This document shows, piece by piece, positions 62,922 through 64,000 of a stretch of DNA of 64,000 bases (its first letter is position 1; each line of letters starts with the position of its first letter). The notes beneath the pieces were generated by a model, which was given only the letters and a program-made list of their open reading frames with translations, had not been told where the DNA came from and ran no database searches. Both the position numbers and the translations under genes were made by a program. The stretch comes from Eledone cirrhosa (Eukaryota), in the NCBI GenBank assembly GCA_964016885.1, contig OZ024740.1, forward strand, positions 356,686,001-356,750,000, written 5' to 3'.

Positions 62922-64000
62922 AATATATGAACAACCGTCCGGTTGTGGAACCAACCAGCCAACCGGATATTTATAAATTTTTTAAATTTATAAATTTAAT
63001 TTATAATAAATTGGAGTGAAAGCAACTGGTGCGTGTGTTTCTTATTGGCAACATGACCCTCCCAAAGTATGACAACACACGTTTTTAGATAAAGAATCTT
63101 GCTAAACATATTCAGAAACGAAATATATATATATATAGATATAGGAAAACATCAATAAATGAACGTGCTTCCAGTAAGTTAAATCCACACGATCGGAAAC
63201 ATTCCTTTCTTTCTTCAGTTATTGTTTACTTCTAACTCAGACAGAATCCACTATATCTATGACCAAAAAACTTCAGAGCTACTAGGGTCATGTCTTTTTT
63301 CAATGGTGTGACTTAGTTTTGCTTTTGGTTTTGTGTTAGTGTAGGATATGGTTTCAAAAATCTGTTATTTTGATCAACGCAGTAAATTCGTAGATACTTT
63401 CAGTGTAATGAAATGTTATTTTACCGAAGAGAAAGGGTTGCTTTCTTCTGGTAATTTCAATGACTATAAACTGATTATCTGCAGACGGTCATAAAATAAA
63501 TTTATGCCGCCTTTAGAAATTGCAATATGATTAAGAATTCATATGTTGCTTAGTTGTTTATCCTTTCTGCCGAAGGTTAGTTGATTCAAAAAGCATTGTT
63601 AAAATGCTACGTGAATAGATTTATATCTACAAATAATAATATGCAGCTTTCTAAAGCGACTAAATCAATGATTATAGATGTAATAGGATCTGTTACAATA
63701 AATTATGTGCGGTGAATTGACTGAGTTGTTCGGGGGTTCAATAAAATGCATTGCAGTATTCATTCCTGCTTGTTGTATTCTGAGTGTATATACCAGCGTA
63801 ATCAACTTTGCCTTTCATCTCTGGTCAATAAAGTTCAAGTCCGTCATTTTTGTCTTTCTTCGTCTCTCTCAATTTCTTTCCTCTTTTAATCATATTCTGT
63901 CTGGAGGAAATGGTGTTTGATCAAATCTAGACAAGGACGGTCTCCGCATACAACATCATATCAAGAGATGAATGTAAGAAAGCCACCAGCTTGTATTCAA

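Overview
This is an AT-rich, microsatellite-dense animal intergenic or intronic window. It is probably from a coleoid cephalopod (octopod-like), judging by the SINE and repeat landscape; that assignment is inference. No host gene can be called with confidence, and almost all long ORFs belong to retrotransposons. The elements sort into three microsatellite niches. (1) A (TACA)n niche at 1.2-4.8 kb holds two tandem internally deleted RTE derivatives and a 5'-truncated R4/Dong-like RLE LINE. (2) A (TA)n niche at 14.6-23 kb and 45.6-63 kb holds Penelope-like elements (PLEs) and solo or inverted pseudo-LTRs. These carry about 15 type-I hammerhead ribozyme motifs, several with non-canonical cores (compensatory U3-A8, U4A, U4C). 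An RTE with a PHD-like finger inside its RT, a non-autonomous Helitron and a mariner remnant also lie here. (3) A roughly 20-kb (TAA)n landing pad at 25-45.6 kb holds a full-length L1/Tx1 element, a second Tx1 3' end, and five R4/Dong-type insertions from two families, one with an intact 1216-aa ORF. The most interesting signals are the variant hammerheads, the apparent target specificities (TACA for an RLE LINE, TTA for a Tx1) and a conserved pseudoknot-like 5' UTR in the Dong family. All RNA structures were folded by eye and need computational and experimental confirmation.
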